NCBI GenBank assembly: GCA_020199905.1
Contig: JAIVJS010000001.1
Coordinates: 61,069 to 125,068 of the forward strand
DNA: 64,000 nt
Direction of reading: 5' to 3'
Source: Acidobacteriota bacterium
Lineage (GTDB): Bacteria > Acidobacteriota > Thermoanaerobaculia > UBA5066 > Gp7-AA6
In this document: positions 1-8,335 of the stretch, in pieces
Position numbering within the stretch: position 1 is the first letter of the stretch
How the letters are laid out: each line of letters opens with the position of its first letter
Notes under the pieces: model-generated
Database searches by the model: none
What the model was told of the DNA's origin: nothing
The model's input: the letters and a program-made list of their open reading frames with translations, nothing else
Program-made: the position numbers and the translations under genes

Positions 1-165
1 TATTGAGTTATCCGTCCTCAGTGAGAGTTCTCAGGCCGTGGCCGAAGATGGATTTTCGGCCGCGAAGGCCCTGCCGGCGAAGCAAAAACTGACCACTGAA
101 CACTGAGAACGGAGCACTCTTTCCCCCTTGCCTTTTTGCCTCGGATTTCGTAGAATTCACGTTCC

Positions 166-1029
166 TTGCCCAACCGATTCCGAATCGCCATTTCGGCGGC
201 GCTTTTCTTCATTCTTCTCGGACGCCTCGCCGGAACGCCCTCTGGATTTGCGCCGCTTTCGACGCTGATCGGCACGTCGGGAAAGCTGCGCGCCGTCTTC
301 ACTCTGCCGGGCGAGGTGCCCGTTTCCGAGATTCCCGCGGAGCCCCGCGCGCCCGGCGTGTATGCCATGGACGCGGTCGGAGCGGCAGGAGCGGCGCTGC
401 GGTGGATCGTGATGACCCCCTTCTCCGCCAAGGTCAACGGGCGGATCGGGCCCTACCGGATGGGCCACTGGCCTTTCGAAAACCGCGCCCCCGGCGACCC
501 CGCCTACGCCAGCCCGAGAGGGTTTGTGCAGGTCACACCGGACAACTTCGGCCTGAAGGTTTCGGAGCATTTCGCGCTCGGCCAGTTCGTCACCAAGAAC
601 CAGCCGAACGTGTGGCCCAAGTATGTGGCCCTCCAGCCGCGTCTCCTCGACAAGCTGGAGCTGACGATCGCGGAGTTGAACCGCGAAGGCTATCGGGTGA
701 AGGGTCTCTCCGTGATGAGCGGTTTCCGCACCCCCGATTACAACGAAGAGGGTGTCGGCGCCGGCGGCCGGTCCGCGGTCTCGCGGCACCAGTACGGCGA
801 CGCCGCGGACGTGTATCCGGACGATCTCGGCCGGGGGCGCATGAGCGACCTGAATCGCGACGGCCGCGTGGATCTCAAGGACGCGCACGTTCTCGCCCAC
901 GCCGCCGAGATGGTCGAGCTCTCCCACCCGGAGCTCACCGGTGGAATTGGCATCTACCCGGCGACGTCGGCGCACGGCCCCTTCGTGCACATCGACGCGA
1001 GAGGCAAGCGCGCCCGCTGGGGTGCTTAA
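166..1029 (+). CDS. Peptidase M15 family (D-Ala-D-Ala carboxypeptidase / YcbK-DUF882-like), membrane-anchored or secreted
   Basis: Track ORF with a TTG start; an in-frame TAG at 151 blocks further upstream extension. The N-terminus has a hydrophobic anchor (AISAALFFILLGRLAG). Zn-peptidase motifs SRHQYGDAADV and VHID are present. GC3 is high. Confidence 0.7.
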   Translation: MPNRFRIAISAALFFILLGRLAGTPSGFAPLSTLIGTSGKLRAVFTLPGEVPVSEIPAEPRAPGVYAMDAVGAAGAALRWIVMTPFSAKVNGRIGPYRMGHWPFENRAPGDPAYASPRGFVQVTPDNFGLKVSEHFALGQFVTKNQPNVWPKYVALQPRLLDKLELTIAELNREGYRVKGLSVMSGFRTPDYNEEGVGAGGRSAVSRHQYGDAADVYPDDLGRGRMSDLNRDGRVDLKDAHVLAHAAEMVELSHPELTGGIGIYPATSAHGPFVHIDARGKRARWGA

Positions 1030-1062
1030 GCCGCTTCTCTCGTTTCCCGAACCGGGTCGCTT

Positions 1063-1935
1063 CTAACCCGGCTTCTCCCACACCGACAGATCCTGGTAAC
1101 CGGCAAGGCCTTGCTCCTCGAATAAGCGCGGCGTCAGCTTTTTTCCCCAGACGCGCTCGACGCGGGATCGGGCCTCGAAGGCGGCGTCGTCGTTGAAGGT
1201 TCCTCCCCCGGGCGCAAAGAGAAAGCCGCGCTGGTTCATCTCGCGGTGCTGTTCGAAGGTCAGGTCCGGCCGGGTGAAGGTGAGCACCGTCGAAAGGGTG
1301 GACGCGATCAGGAGGCCGCCAGGGCAGAGCAGGCGGTCGAGCTCCTCGAGCCACGCCGATTCCATCGTCTCGTCGAAATGCGTGAAAACCGAGACGGCGT
1401 AGACGACGTCGAAGGAAGACGCGGGAACATTCGCCGGGGGAAGGCGGCCGCAGGCCACGAACCGGCCGGGCGGATGGGACGCGGCCAGCCAGCGGATCGC
1501 GTCCGCGTCGACGTCCACACCGTGGAGCTCGACCGCGGATCCCGAGCGCGCGACGTGTCGGGTGACCCTTCCGACGCCGCATCCGAAGTCGAGCCACCGC
1601 GCATACGGACGGCCGGGACGGCGGCAGATCTCGAAGGCCCGCAGCACGTCGGCGGCGGCCAGGGCTCCCGCGCGCTCGAACTCCCGCCGGCTGCTCGAGA
1701 GCGAGACGCGCGCCCGCAGCCGCGGGGGAGGAAGCCGGTTCGCCGTGCCCCGCAGGAGGTCGAAGGCGTCGGGAATCGCGTCCGTGAGACGCACCGGGCC
1801 CTCTCTCGCCCAGCGCCGCAGCCGGCGCCGCCACACGGCGGGGATGGCGTCCCGGACGCGGCGGCGAATGACCGCGAGAGAGCCCGTTTCGCGCGGCGGG
1901 TCGGCGGCGTCCGGGGTGGTGGAGGTCGTCGTCAT
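1063..1935 (-). CDS. Class I SAM-dependent methyltransferase
   Basis: Motif I LDFGCGVGR is present. I take the internal ATG at 1935 (MTTTSTTPD...) as the start; the Arg-rich N-terminal extension in the track ORF (to 2232) overlaps the neighbouring gene and reads as frame noise. The ATG overlaps the upstream gene's stop (ATGA on the minus strand, 1932-1935). Confidence 0.7.
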   Translation of the reverse strand: MTTTSTTPDAADPPRETGSLAVIRRRVRDAIPAVWRRRLRRWAREGPVRLTDAIPDAFDLLRGTANRLPPPRLRARVSLSSSRREFERAGALAAADVLRAFEICRRPGRPYARWLDFGCGVGRVTRHVARSGSAVELHGVDVDADAIRWLAASHPPGRFVACGRLPPANVPASSFDVVYAVSVFTHFDETMESAWLEELDRLLCPGGLLIASTLSTVLTFTRPDLTFEQHREMNQRGFLFAPGGGTFNDDAAFEARSRVERVWGKKLTPRLFEEQGLAGYQDLSVWEKPG

Positions 1936-2261
1936 CGAACGGTGGAGCGCTCCAGCGCACCCTCGCGGCGGTAGAGGAAGAGCGGCAGACCACAGGAAAC
2001 GCCGACCAGGCAGACCGCGGCGACCGGGATCCAGAGATGCGTCATTCCTAGCCGCCGTCCCTCGGCGAGGATGAAGCCGCAGACCACGACCGCCGAGACG
2101 AGGACGTCGAGGGCGAACGAGGCGGCGATCCGGTTGGCGAAGAGCTCCCGGACGAAGAGCGGCACGTCGATGCCGTGAGCCGCCAGCCACGGCAGGAACT
2201 GCGAGTACGGCAGGACGGATCCGAGGAGGCACAGGGCGAGATAGAAGTGGCGGCGCGTCAT
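1932..2261 (-). CDS. Small integral membrane protein (DUF2834-like)
   Basis: Starts MTRRHFYLALCLLG; an AGGAGGG Shine-Dalgarno sits 7 nt upstream of the ATG at 2261. Three hydrophobic helices. The track start at 2279 is a TTG 6 codons upstream. Confidence 0.6.
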   Translation of the reverse strand: MTRRHFYLALCLLGSVLPYSQFLPWLAAHGIDVPLFVRELFANRIAASFALDVLVSAVVVCGFILAEGRRLGMTHLWIPVAAVCLVGVSCGLPLFLYRREGALERSTVR

Positions 2262-2344
2262 CGATCCCTCCTGCGGCAAATCTTGCCGAGGAGTCTATGC
2301 GTCACGGCGTCCGCCCGCTTCCTGACCTCTGCTCTCTCGCCTCT

Positions 2345-2401
2345 GCTCCCTCGCCCCGGGCACGGGGAGCGGGGTTCGAACCCTCGTGTGCAACCGCCGA
2401 T
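2345..2401 (+). other. tRNA 3'-half-like fragment (variable arm + T-arm GGGGTTCGAACCC + acceptor-like 3' strand), not a complete tRNA
   Basis: The sequence CCCCGGGCACGGGG-AG-CGGGG-TTCGAAC-CCTCG-TGTGCAA-CC fits a variable arm, T stem-loop and acceptor 3' strand. No matching 5' acceptor, D-arm or anticodon arm lies upstream; instead there is a 14-nt tandem repeat (CCTCTGCTCTCTCG / CCTCTGCTCCCTCG). Confidence 0.3.
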
Positions 2402-2973
2402 CAGCCGCATACAATCTCGGTATCGCGGAGGTGCCCGCCATCGTCGCAGCCGGGGAAATCCCGCCGAACGCCGCATGGAGATCCGCCCTCTGGCAGCAGT
2501 CCGGCGCGGCGATCGACATGCTCGACAACGCCGTCGCCGCCTGTCCGGAGGCGCTGTGGAGCGACCGCTCGCAGACTCCCGCGTTCTGGTACGTCGCGTT
2601 CCACACGATCTTCTTTCTGGACTTCTATGTCAGTGAGTCGCCGGACGGATTCGCGCCTCCGTCCCCGTTCACTCTCTCGGAGTTCAACCCGGAGGGCGAG
2701 CTACCCGAGCGGCCTTACACGAAGCAGGAGCTCCGCGGCTATCTCCGCCACAGCCGGGAGAAGTGCCGGCGATCGATCGAAACGCTATCGGACGAACGCG
2801 CGAGAGAGCGAACCGGCTTTCTCGACGGTTCCCTCGGCAGGCTCGAGCTGCTGTTCTACAACCTCCGGCACGTTCAGCATCATGCCGGGCAGCTGAACCT
2901 CATCCTGCGGCAGAAGACACAGTCCGCTCCCAGGTGGGTGCTCCAAGCCAGGGAAGAGGCGGAGTCACCATGA
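2386..2973 (+). CDS. DinB/YfiT-like metal-dependent hydrolase family protein
   Basis: C-terminal motif LRHVQHHAGQL (HxxxHH) with an earlier His (AFHTIF). The start is uncertain: GTG 2386 (track) or ATG 2518. The stop overlaps the next gene's ATG (ATGA at 2970-2973). Confidence 0.6.
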   Translation: MCNRRSAAYNLGIAEVPAIVAAGEIPPNAAWRSALWQQSGAAIDMLDNAVAACPEALWSDRSQTPAFWYVAFHTIFFLDFYVSESPDGFAPPSPFTLSEFNPEGELPERPYTKQELRGYLRHSREKCRRSIETLSDERARERTGFLDGSLGRLELLFYNLRHVQHHAGQLNLILRQKTQSAPRWVLQAREEAESP

Positions 2974-3311
2974 CCGAAGACGACTTCCGCAAGATCGCTC
3001 TCTCGCTTCCCGAGGCGACCGAAAGCGCCCACATGCGCCATCCCGACTTCCGCGTCGGCGGAAAAATCTTCGCGACTCTGATGCCGGAGAAAGGCTGGGC
3101 GATGGTGAAGCTGACGCCCGAGGACCAGGAAGCCTTCATGCAGATCGCGCCGAAGGTCTTCTCGCCGGTCAACGGCGCCTGGGGCCGCCAGGGCGCGACG
3201 CGCGTTCACCTGAAGAGCGCGACGAAGACGGTCGCTCGCGACGGCCTCACGGCAGCCTGGCGTTTTCGCGCCCCGAAGTCTCTCGTCGCGCGCACCGACG
3301 CGGGGAAGTAA
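2970..3311 (+). CDS. MmcQ/YjbR family DNA-binding protein
   Basis: Starts MTEDDFRKIALSLPEATE...HPDFRVGGKIFATL, typical of YjbR/MmcQ (DUF419). SD-like GAGGCGGAG lies upstream. Confidence 0.65.
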   Translation: MTEDDFRKIALSLPEATESAHMRHPDFRVGGKIFATLMPEKGWAMVKLTPEDQEAFMQIAPKVFSPVNGAWGRQGATRVHLKSATKTVARDGLTAAWRFRAPKSLVARTDAGK

Positions 3312-3374
3312 GCGATCAGACCCGCGGAAGAGGACAACTCCGAGCGAGGCGCGCGGATAGAATCACCGGCGTCT

Positions 3375-3451
3375 GGGGCCGTAGCTCAGGTGGATAGAGC
3401 AAAAGTTTCCTAAACTTTAGGTCGGCGGTTCGAGTCCGCCCGGCCCCACCA
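3375..3451 (+). tRNA. tRNA-Arg (anticodon CCT)
   Basis: Hand-folded cloverleaf: acceptor GGGGCCG/CGGCCCC; D-arm GCTC...GAGC; anticodon stem AAAGT/ACTTT with loop TTCCTAA (anticodon CCT); T-arm GGCGG-TTCGAGT-CCGCC; discriminator A; encoded CCA. Confidence 0.9.
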
Positions 3452-3573
3452 TTTTCATCGCTTTCGCGCTAATTCGTGTGACACATATGTTCCATCGCTC
3501 CGCGGGGGCGGTCACAGACGCCAGTCTCTCCGACTCTTAACTCACAACTGAAGACTGCCAACTGAAAACTCTT

Positions 3574-4024
3574 TCAGAAGAGCGGCTCCGAGATCAGCTG
3601 CTGGCGGGTCACGGAAATGCACGAGCCCGTCATCTGGCCCACCTGGCAGCGGAGCTGGATCGCGACGAAAGTCCCGGACGTGTTGACGAGTCGCAGGCTC
3701 GCCCCCTGATAAGCGTTGACCGCCTGGATCCCGGTGGGCGCGGAGACGATCGTCCACTGCGCCGCCGACAGCTCGTTGTTGCAGACGGGCGTCCCGTTGC
3801 CACACGCTCGCCGCCATCGAGGCCGGCGTCGCCGTCACGGTGCTCACCACCGGGATGACGCCCATGACCTCGAAAATGCGGTTCGCCGCGATATTGAAAT
3901 CGACTCCGGTCGTCGCCGGGTTGGGAGACCCCGTGACCGCCGACGAGAGGGCGAACGTCGTGGCGGACGCCGTCGCCGAAACCAGGATCACGAGCGTCGC
4001 AAGACCGATAAGACGCAATTTCAT
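3574..4024 (-). pseudogene. Frameshifted paralog of the small secreted Cys-containing protein at 60925-61407
   Basis: The N-terminal part (signal peptide MKLRLIGLATLVILVSATASA...EVMGVIPVVSTVTATPASMAAS) is in the frame of track ORF 3542..4024. The homologous C-terminal part (ACGNGTPVCNNELSAAQWTIVSAPTGIQAVNAYQGASLRLVNTSGTFVAIQLRCQVGQMTGSCISVTRQQLISEPLF*) is in the next frame and ends at 3574-3576. The switch lies near 3795-3800. About 8 codons present in the paralog are also missing here. Confidence 0.55.
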
Positions 4025-4115
4025 CGCCTGTTCTCCTTATGAGCTCGAATCGGGAAGTCTGAGGCGTTACCGGTGGGTGGAGTCTAGCCGGGCCGCGTAA
4101 ACCGCGCCGCGCGAG

Positions 4116-4517
4116 TCAGCGGCGGCGGTGATCGACGAAGCGGATGCTGTTGCGGTCCGCGTCCTTCACGTACAGCTCGCGGGCCCCCCAGGTCTGGTCC
4201 ATCGGCCCGCTGTCGATCGGGACTCCCCGGGCGACGAGCTCGGCGTGTACCGCGTCCACGTCGTCGACTTCCAGATGCACGACGCCGCCCGAGACGCCAT
4301 CCCCCGAAAAGGACGACAGGTGCAGCCAGACGCCGTCGCGCGATACGCCGAAATAGCACGGGTCGGGTTTCGCCTCGTCGAGACGGTGCGCGAATCCCTT
4401 TCGAAAGCCGAGCCGGCCGCAATAGAACTCCGCCGCCGCCGCGGAGCTCTCGACGTGCAGGACCGGGATCGCGGCCAGCACCGACGCGCGTTTCGGCGGG
4501 TCTGTCCGGCCGGTCAC
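4116..4517 (-). CDS. VOC family protein (glyoxalase / bleomycin-resistance fold)
   Basis: 133 aa with the typical VOC pattern: HVESSAAAAEFYCGRLGF...VHLEVDDVDAVHAELVARGV. Confidence 0.7.
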   Translation of the reverse strand: MTGRTDPPKRASVLAAIPVLHVESSAAAAEFYCGRLGFRKGFAHRLDEAKPDPCYFGVSRDGVWLHLSSFSGDGVSGGVVHLEVDDVDAVHAELVARGVPIDSGPMDQTWGARELYVKDADRNSIRFVDHRRR

Positions 4518-4520
4518 CGG

Positions 4521-4994
4521 TCAATCGCCATCGGGTTCGGGAGGCGGTTCCAGCTTCTCGAGCTTCAGAAAGACGATCGACGGCTGGAGTCCCCTCGACC
4601 GCGATGAGCACTGGGAGACGGTGCTCACGGCGCGCCGAACCAGGTCGGAAAGGTCCAGCGTCGTTTTCAGGCTGGCGTTTCCGGGCCGGGAGTGGGCGGT
4701 CTTGTCGCGCACGCAGTCGAGCGTGTTGAAAGATTCGGGCCCGAGAGGGACGATCGCGGTCCGATAGCCGGGCATTGCCACGACGATCTCCATCTCCGTG
4801 ACGCCCGACGGGACGACGATCGCCCCGGGCGTGGTGATCTGCTGCCGCCCGGCCGTTGCCGTCGCGCCGGAAGGGTTCGTGATGACGGGGACTCTCTGCG
4901 CGGAGTCGGAGGACCGCGTCGAGGCACACCCGAGGAAGAGGAGAGCGCCGAGCGCGCCGAACGGAGAGCCTGCCCGCGACCCGCGGATGAGCAC
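4521..4994 (-). CDS. Putative lipoprotein with a PEGA-like domain
   Basis: Signal peptide with Cys (ALLFLGCAS); PEGA-like segment PSGATATAGRQQITTPGAIVVPSGVTEMEIVVAMPGYRTAIV. Confidence 0.5.
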   Translation of the reverse strand: MLIRGSRAGSPFGALGALLFLGCASTRSSDSAQRVPVITNPSGATATAGRQQITTPGAIVVPSGVTEMEIVVAMPGYRTAIVPLGPESFNTLDCVRDKTAHSRPGNASLKTTLDLSDLVRRAVSTVSQCSSRSRGLQPSIVFLKLEKLEPPPEPDGD

Positions 4995-5058
4995 GCCGGG
5001 ATTTTACGCCTCCGGCACGTTTCGGGCGCGGAGATCCGTCCCGAATGGCCGCCGAGCG

Positions 5059-5892
5059 TCAGCGCATCTTGAGAGCACGCCGCATCGCGCGATCGAAGGC
5101 GCGGTCCGTCAGCACCCGCTTCAGCGCAAACAGCACCCTGGGCATCCGGCCCACCGCGTACCGGGACTTCGGGCGCGGCGATTCGATCGCGTTCACGATG
5201 ACCCTCGCGACCGCTTCGGGCGGGAGAACGCCGGCCTGAAACTCCTTGCGCATCGCGCTCTCCGCGTTCCGATACACGTCCGAATACGGGCCCGGCCGGC
5301 CGAGGAGCGCCGACACGCCCTGCCGCGCCCGGTCGGAGAACCGGCTCTCGATCGGGCCCGGCTCGACGACGACGACCCGCACGCCGAACGCGCCCGCCTC
5401 GACCCGCAGCGCGTCCGAGACGGCTTCGAGGGCGTGCTTGGAGGCGCAGTACGGAGAGGCGAACGGGATCGGGATGCGGCCGGCCACGGAGGAGACGTTC
5501 ACGATCGTGCCCGAGCGGGCCTCACGCATCGCCGGAAGCACCGCGGAGATCATCGCGACCGCTCCGAAGACGTTGACCTCGAACTGCTCGCGCCAGTCGG
5601 CGACAGTCACCTCCTCGACCGCGCCGTAGCGGCCGAAACCCGCGTTGTTGACCAGCGCGTCGATGCGTCCTTCCCCCGAAAGCGCCGCGGAGACGGCGGC
5701 GGCGATGGACGCGGCGTCCGTCACGTCCAAGGGGAGCGTCCTGATTCCGGGACGGCCCTCGAGGTCTGAGAGGGAGCCGATATCCCGGGCGGTCGCGCAG
5801 ACGCGGTGGCCGCGCGCCGCCGCTTCGAGGGCCGCCGCGCGGCCGATCCCGGACGAGCAGCCTGTCACCAGAACGACCTGTCGGCGCGGCAC
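5059..5892 (-). CDS. SDR family NAD(P)-dependent oxidoreductase
   Basis: TGCSSGIGRAAAL (TGxxxGIG), NNAG, and the YxxxK catalytic motif (YCASK). Confidence 0.85.
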   Translation of the reverse strand: MPRRQVVLVTGCSSGIGRAAALEAAARGHRVCATARDIGSLSDLEGRPGIRTLPLDVTDAASIAAAVSAALSGEGRIDALVNNAGFGRYGAVEEVTVADWREQFEVNVFGAVAMISAVLPAMREARSGTIVNVSSVAGRIPIPFASPYCASKHALEAVSDALRVEAGAFGVRVVVVEPGPIESRFSDRARQGVSALLGRPGPYSDVYRNAESAMRKEFQAGVLPPEAVARVIVNAIESPRPKSRYAVGRMPRVLFALKRVLTDRAFDRAMRRALKMR

Positions 5893-5921
5893 GGCGCGAT
5901 GTTACCCTTCGGTTCGAAGCC

Positions 5922-6587
5922 ATGGGTTACGCCGACAAGAGCCTCGCGCCCGGCGAAACGATCCTCTACCGCGCCCGCTACCACTGGATCTTCTACAGGT
6001 CCGGTCTTCTCGTTCTCTTTCTCGCGGCGCTCCTCGGCGCGGCCTCGCTCTATGCCTCCCGCACGGCGCCCGGCAGCGAGATCGCGGCGCCGGTCGGATA
6101 TCTCGCCCTCGGTTTCGCGGTGCTCGCGCTGATGCTGCTCGGCGCCCGCTGGGTGCGCGCGCAGCAGGACGAGTTCGTCGTGACGGACCGCCGCGTGCTC
6201 CGCGCTGTGGGACTGATCACCCGCGAGCACGAGCAGGCGCCGATCGAGAAGATCCAGGACATCACCGTCACGCAGAGCGGTCTCGGCCGGCTTCTCGGGT
6301 ACGGGGATGTCGCGCTCGAGACCGCCTCCGAGCGGGGCACGCTCCTTTTCCCCGCGATCGCCACCCCCGAAGCCTTTCGCACCGCGATCTGGGGCCGGCC
6401 CAGAGGCGAAGCGGCAATCGGCCTTGCGATGCCGGCGGTGGCCGCCGGGCACGCCTCGGCCCCCGCGGCGGCTCCGGCCCCGACGGCTTCGAGCCGCCTC
6501 GAGCAGCTCGAGACTCTGCGGCGGAAGGGTATGGTTTCCGAGGCCGAGTATGCCGAGAAACGCCGCGAAATCCTGGCGCACCTGTGA
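5922..6587 (+). CDS. Membrane protein with a bacterial PH (bPH_2/YdbT-like) domain and a C-terminal SHOCT domain
   Basis: Two TM helices followed by a PH-like segment (DEFVVTDRRVLRAVGLITREHEQAPIEKIQDITV). The C-terminus LEQLETLRRKGMVSEAEYAEKRREIL matches the SHOCT signature. Confidence 0.6.
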   Translation: MGYADKSLAPGETILYRARYHWIFYRSGLLVLFLAALLGAASLYASRTAPGSEIAAPVGYLALGFAVLALMLLGARWVRAQQDEFVVTDRRVLRAVGLITREHEQAPIEKIQDITVTQSGLGRLLGYGDVALETASERGTLLFPAIATPEAFRTAIWGRPRGEAAIGLAMPAVAAGHASAPAAAPAPTASSRLEQLETLRRKGMVSEAEYAEKRREILAHL

Positions 6588-6652
6588 GACAGCGCGCCTG
6601 AGCCGTCCGGAACCGATGTAAACCGAACCGGATCCATCCTCGTCCAACCCAT

Positions 6653-7267
6653 GTGCCAGCGCTCGAAATGATCCCTCGCCAGACGGATCCCGGCGTCGAC
6701 GAAGCCCTCCTCATCCGGGAGGTCCGGGCAGGCAAGGTCGAGTCGTTCGAGTATTTCGTCCGGAAGTACCAGCGCCGCATCACGCGGCTGGCGTACCGGC
6801 TCCTCCGGGACGCCGGCGAAGCCGACTGCGCGGCCCAGGAGAGCTTCCTCCGCGCGTACCAGAACTTGAACGACTTCCGCGAGGGCTCGACGTTCGAGAC
6901 GTGGGTCACGCGGATTTGCATCAACTGGTGCAAGGACCGCCTGAAGCGGCGGCGGCTGGTCTTCTACTTTCATCAGGGCCCGGCGGAGAACGACGACGAC
7001 GAGTCGGGCCCGCGTGACGCGGCCGCCGGAGACGAGCCCTCTCCCGAGCGGCGCGCGATTTCCCGTGAGATCCGCGAGCGCCTCCGGCAGGCGATCGAGT
7101 CTCTCTCCCCGCGGCAGAAGAGCGTGTTCGTTCTGAAGCATTTCGAAGAGCTTTCGATCCCGGAGATCGCGGAGCTGACGGGCCTCGATTCGGGGACCGT
7201 CAAATCGCACCTCTTCCGAGCGGCCCACAAGATCCGTGAGCGGCTCGGCGAATTTCGGAAGGCATGA
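6653..7267 (+). CDS. ECF (sigma-70 family) RNA polymerase sigma factor
   Basis: Region 2 (FEYFVRKYQRRITRLAYRLLRD...AQESFLRAYQNLNDF) and region 4 (LSPRQKSVFVLKHFEELSIPEIAELTGLDSGTVKSHLFRA). Start is GTG 6653 or ATG 6668. Confidence 0.85.
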   Translation: MPALEMIPRQTDPGVDEALLIREVRAGKVESFEYFVRKYQRRITRLAYRLLRDAGEADCAAQESFLRAYQNLNDFREGSTFETWVTRICINWCKDRLKRRRLVFYFHQGPAENDDDESGPRDAAAGDEPSPERRAISREIRERLRQAIESLSPRQKSVFVLKHFEELSIPEIAELTGLDSGTVKSHLFRAAHKIRERLGEFRKA

Positions 7268-7268
7268 C

Positions 7269-7781
7269 ATGCACGAAGCCAGATCGACGATGCACCTGAC
7301 GGACGCTCAGCTGTTCGGGCTCGCCATCCCGGCGGCCGGCGTTCCCGAGGCGCTCCCGCCGCACCTCTCAGAATGCATCGCCTGCAGCCGCGCGCTCCAG
7401 ACGTGGAAAGGCGCCGTGGGGGAGATCGCCGGAGAGATGGGCCCGATCGGCGCGCGCACCCCGGAGGCGTGGGCCGACGCCGAAGACCTCACCATGCGCT
7501 CGATCCGGCGTGCCGGTTCCATTCGCCGCGGGACGCCGCTGCGCTGGGGCGTCGGAATCGCCGCCTCGCTCCTGCTGCTCGCGCTCGCGGTTCCGATGCG
7601 GCGCTCCGGCTCCGGCGCGCCTGCCGCGGCCACGCCGTCCGACCTTTCTCCTCAGGACCAGGCAGACGACGCTCTCCTGAGAGACGTCGCGCGGCTCGCC
7701 CGCGCCGAGGAGACGGGCGGATCCTGGGACGCTCTGGTCCCCCAGCCCGGGACCCAGACCCGCGACGAGGAGCGGCTGTGA
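7269..7781 (+). CDS. Anti-sigma factor, zinc-finger (HxxxCxxC) type with one TM helix
   Basis: Starts 1 nt after the sigma gene's stop. HLSECIACS motif. TM segment WGVGIAASLLLLALAV followed by a periplasmic tail. Confidence 0.7.
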   Translation: MHEARSTMHLTDAQLFGLAIPAAGVPEALPPHLSECIACSRALQTWKGAVGEIAGEMGPIGARTPEAWADAEDLTMRSIRRAGSIRRGTPLRWGVGIAASLLLLALAVPMRRSGSGAPAAATPSDLSPQDQADDALLRDVARLARAEETGGSWDALVPQPGTQTRDEERL

Positions 7782-8290
7782 GCTCGAACGGGAAGTCGAC
7801 GGCCCGCGTCCTCATTCTCGCCGCGGCCTTCGCCGGATTCGCCCTGCCCGCGGTGTCTCAGCAGGGATTTCCGGACGGCAAATGGTGGAAGCGGCCGAGG
7901 TTGATGGCCGAGATCAACCTCTCGTCCGAGCAGTCGCGCGAGATCGAGAAAATTTTCGTTCACTCCCGCACCCGCTTGATCGACCTGAAGGCGGACCTCG
8001 AGAAGAAGCAGCTCGCGCTCCAGTCGTCGATGGAGGACCGGGGGGCCGACCGCCGCGCCGTCGAGAAGGAGATCGAGCAGGTCGAGAACGCGCGGGCGGA
8101 GCTCCAGAAGGCGCGCGCCGTCATGGTTCTCGACATCAAGCAGGTCTTGAAGCCCGACCAGTGGGACCATCTCCTCCAGATGCAGCAGGAGATGAAGGAG
8201 CGCCGGATGATGGCGAAAGAAGGGCGGCAGAACGGGTACCGACAGGGGCCGGGGGGACAGAACCGCCCGCGCGCGCCGAGGGGCGAGTAG
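7778..8290 (+). CDS. Periplasmic Spy/CpxP/ZraP-family (LTXXQ) stress protein
   Basis: GTG start overlapping the anti-sigma stop (GTGA). Signal peptide ARVLILAAAFAGFALPAVSQQ. LTXXQ-like motifs (NLSSEQSREIEKIF; QVLKPDQWDHLLQMQQEM). Confidence 0.65.
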   Translation: MSSNGKSTARVLILAAAFAGFALPAVSQQGFPDGKWWKRPRLMAEINLSSEQSREIEKIFVHSRTRLIDLKADLEKKQLALQSSMEDRGADRRAVEKEIEQVENARAELQKARAVMVLDIKQVLKPDQWDHLLQMQQEMKERRMMAKEGRQNGYRQGPGGQNRPRAPRGE

Positions 8291-8335
8291 CCGTCAGCTC
8301 CGCTGTCAGCTCTCAGCCGTCAGCCAGAGGCCTCT
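8291..8335 (+). repeat. Heptamer array (GTCAGCT/CTCAGCC type) immediately after the stop of the Spy-like gene, followed by palindrome CCAGAGGCCTCTGG
   Basis: ccgtcag ctccgct gtcagct ctcagcc gtcagcc agaggcc, read directly. Confidence 0.6.

Noticed and set aside
157-1993. Track ORFs 157..990(-), 402..1196(+), 738..953(-), 935..1993(-), 1246..1974(+), 1562..2074(+)
   Set aside because: All are Arg/Pro/Ala-rich translations of alternate or antisense frames over the M15 peptidase and methyltransferase genes. Low GC3 in those frames and no motifs.
2345-2401. Possible complete tRNA gene
   Set aside because: Only a variable-arm / T-arm / acceptor-3' half can be folded. No 5' acceptor strand, D-arm or anticodon arm upstream. 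Kept as a tRNA-like fragment only.
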